58,442 nt of DNA from a virus (taxonomy: Duplodnaviria; Caudoviricetes). A program made the position numbers and the translations under genes. Below, piece by piece: positions 56,387 to 58,442 of this stretch. The notes under the pieces were generated by a model. It was not told the origin of the DNA, ran no database searches, and worked only from the letters and a program-made list of their open reading frames with translations. Each line of letters opens with the position of its first letter. Position 1 is the stretch's first letter. The stretch covers positions 1 through 58,442 of IMG/VR virus record IMGVR_UViG_3300005512_000037. The stretch is one strand, 5' to 3'.

Positions 56387-57877
56387 ATGGCTAAACTTTT
56401 TAATCGGGCCAAGATGACGACAGCCACGACTGGAACAGGCACTATTACGCTAGGTAGTGCCTCTTCAGGATTTCAGTCTTTCGCGGATGCGGGTGTTTCT
56501 GATGGTGATGTCGTCCAATATGTGATCGAGGAAAGTTCAAACTTCGAGATCGGGACAGGTACATACACCGCATCAGGAACAACTCTGACGCGGACTGTAA
56601 CCGAAAGCACAAACAGTAATAACCCAATTAACCTAGCGGGCGATGCTTTAGTTTCTATTACTGCAATCGCTGCAGATTATAACCGCTTGCAGCATGAGGG
56701 CAGCGATAAGGTCACTGTTACTTCTACTGGCGCTTCGGTCACTGGTAATATTACTGTCACTGGCACTGTGGACGGACGTAATGTCGGGACTGATGGTTCT
56801 AAACTGGACGGCATTGAGGCCAACGCAGATGTCACTGACAGTGCGAATGTAGGCACATCTCTTACAGGATTTGCTACAGAAACATCTTTTCAAGGTGCTG
56901 ATCTTGTAGCGGTATATGATACTTCTGCATCTGCATGGCGTAAGGGTACTATTACAAATGCTGCTCTCCAAGGTCCAAAAGGCCAAAAGGGTGAGGTGGG
57001 TGATACAGGTACTCAGGGCGCGACAGGGCCGACTGGACCCACTGGCCCACAAGGTCAAAAGGGACAAAAAGGCGAATTAGGTGGCACTGGCCCCACGGGT
57101 CCAACAGGACCAACTGGTGCAAAAGGTCAGAAGGGTGAGGTAGGAAACACAGGTCCGACAGGTGGCACTGGTCCAACTGGCCCAACAGGTCCAACAGGTA
57201 GTACTGGCCCAACAGGTCAAAAGGGTCAAAAGGGTGAAGTGGGCAACACAGGACCAACTGGCCCTACAGGCCCGAACGGACCCACTGGACCGACAGGACC
57301 GACTGGTCAAAAAGGCCAGAAAGGACAGAAGGGTGAGACAGGAAGTACGGGTCCGACTGGGCCAAACGGTCCAACAGGACCGACTGGTCCAACGGGTCCA
57401 CAAGGTCAAAAAGGACAGAAGGGTGAGGTAGGGTCCACTGGTGGTACGGGGCCAACTGGACCCACTGGACCCACTGGTCCTACAGGTCAGAAAGGTCAAA
57501 AAGGTCAGACTGGGAATACTGGTCCCACTGGGGGAACTGGGCCTACAGGGCCAACTGGTCAGAAAGGTCAGAAAGGCGAGACAGGCTCTGCAGGTGGTAC
57601 GGGTCCAACTGGTCCAACTGGTCCGACTGGTCAAAAAGGACAGAAAGGTGAGGGTGGTTCAACCACTGCAACAGCTCAAACATTTTCTGATGTTAGAGTA
57701 GCACAATTTGGTTGGCCTAGAACAGTATCACCTGGATTTAGTAACGGAACTTATATGTCAGGGGGTAGCAATCCCGGAGGGAATAGCGCTGGGACGTTTA
57801 CAAATGGTTCGTATTCATATGGGAGTTACGATGGATCATTTCAGGGAGCGGCAACTATAGCAGTGAGGACAAGTTAA
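56387..57877 (+). CDS. Collagen-like tail fibre
   Basis: N-terminal T[11 protein letters not shown]...EIG-x-GTY anchor; Gly-X-Y run 56972-57664 (~77 triplets). Confidence 0.9.
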   Translation: MAKLFNRAKMTTATTGTGTITLGSASSGFQSFADAGVSDGDVVQYVIEESSNFEIGTGTYTASGTTLTRTVTESTNSNNPINLAGDALVSITAIAADYNRLQHEGSDKVTVTSTGASVTGNITVTGTVDGRNVGTDGSKLDGIEANADVTDSANVGTSLTGFATETSFQGADLVAVYDTSASAWRKGTITNAALQGPKGQKGEVGDTGTQGATGPTGPTGPQGQKGQKGELGGTGPTGPTGPTGAKGQKGEVGNTGPTGGTGPTGPTGPTGSTGPTGQKGQKGEVGNTGPTGPTGPNGPTGPTGPTGQKGQKGQKGETGSTGPTGPNGPTGPTGPTGPQGQKGQKGEVGSTGGTGPTGPTGPTGPTGQKGQKGQTGNTGPTGGTGPTGPTGQKGQKGETGSAGGTGPTGPTGPTGQKGQKGEGGSTTATAQTFSDVRVAQFGWPRTVSPGFSNGTYMSGGSNPGGNSAGTFTNGSYSYGSYDGSFQGAATIAVRTS

Positions 57878-58270
57878 ATGGATAATGGTGTATTTTGGTA
57901 CTGGGTGCTTTATAAGCATGGCGATAATAATTATATTACACAAGTATCTCGCACAGAGTATGAGCCTGATATAACTACGTTTCCATCTGATGTAACGTAT
58001 GCTGAAATATCAAAATCGTTATATGATAGCATAGAAAATTATTTAGAGTATAATTATAATGCCGATGGAACGATTTCGGAAATAAATCATGACCAAAATA
58101 TGAGCAATTATCAAAGGTTTTTGCGTGATAATTTGTTACTAGAAACAGACAAGTATGCTGTAGGCGATCGTTCAATGTCAGACGAAATGAGAAATTATCG
58201 TCAGGCTTTGCGTGATGTTCCACAACAGTCAGGATTTCCTGATAATATAACTTGGCCTACAAAACCTTAA
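57878..58270 (+). CDS. Tail fibre assembly chaperone
   Basis: RD-x-LL-x-ETD...YRQALRDVPQQ-x-GFP-x3-WPTKP. Confidence 0.85.
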   Translation: MDNGVFWYWVLYKHGDNNYITQVSRTEYEPDITTFPSDVTYAEISKSLYDSIENYLEYNYNADGTISEINHDQNMSNYQRFLRDNLLLETDKYAVGDRSMSDEMRNYRQALRDVPQQSGFPDNITWPTKP

Positions 58271-58283
58271 AGACTTTATGTAA

Positions 58284-58442
58284 ATGAAAAAAGTTAAATA
58301 TCAGTGTTATCCAATAACGTTAGATAGTGGAGAAAGTGCCTGTGGGTATAAATTTTCAGCAGAAGAGTGGTTCAATTTTTGGGTACAGTATCCCGCTATC
58401 AAGCATAATCAGTGGTATAATAGTTTAAGTAATAGATCAGGT
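58284..58442 (+). CDS. 3'-truncated hypothetical protein
   Basis: Open from ATG 58284 to the end of the window. Confidence 0.55.
   Translation, partial: MKKVKYQCYPITLDSGESACGYKFSAEEWFNFWVQYPAIKHNQWYNSLSNRSG

Noticed and set aside
56387-58270. Diversity-generating retroelement acting on tail fibres
   Set aside because: No reverse transcriptase and no TR/VR pair were seen.
1-58442. tRNA genes, introns/inteins, phage RNA polymerase, integrase
   Set aside because: None recognised by eye; polA and terL are uninterrupted. tRNAscan-SE and HMM searches would be needed to exclude them fully.

Overview
This window is a near-complete, circularly permuted genome of a tailed dsDNA bacteriophage with podovirus-like architecture, most likely marine and infecting a proteobacterium (inference from gene content). 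A + strand late arm runs 41326-58442 and continues at 1-22666. It carries the terminases, portal, GroES, scaffold, a Mu gpT-like major capsid protein, adaptors, a collagen-like tail fibre with its chaperone, 2OG-Fe(II) oxygenase and glycosyltransferase genes, tail proteins, holin/M15 endolysin and internal virion proteins. A - strand early/replication arm runs 40903-22746 and carries an AAA+/vWA-metallopeptidase module, VRR-NUC nuclease, family A DNA polymerase, exonuclease, SNF2 helicase, SSB and primase-helicase. The main finding is an apparent phage-encoded, animal-style collagen modification system. One 603-aa protein fuses a GT25 domain, a PLOD/LH3-type glycosyltransferase domain and a lysyl-hydroxylase domain. 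In the inferred circular map it lies next to a tail fibre of about 77 Gly-X-Y triplets with 19 Y-position lysines. Other notable signals are 11 copies of a GTAGT(G/T)-N3-(C/A)ACTAC palindrome found only in the early arm, a 60-bp inverted iteron/IHF-like structure (candidate origin), a G-quadruplex motif at the early/late junction, and an antisense four-gene cassette between terL and portal. All family assignments come from visual motif recognition; no database searches were run.
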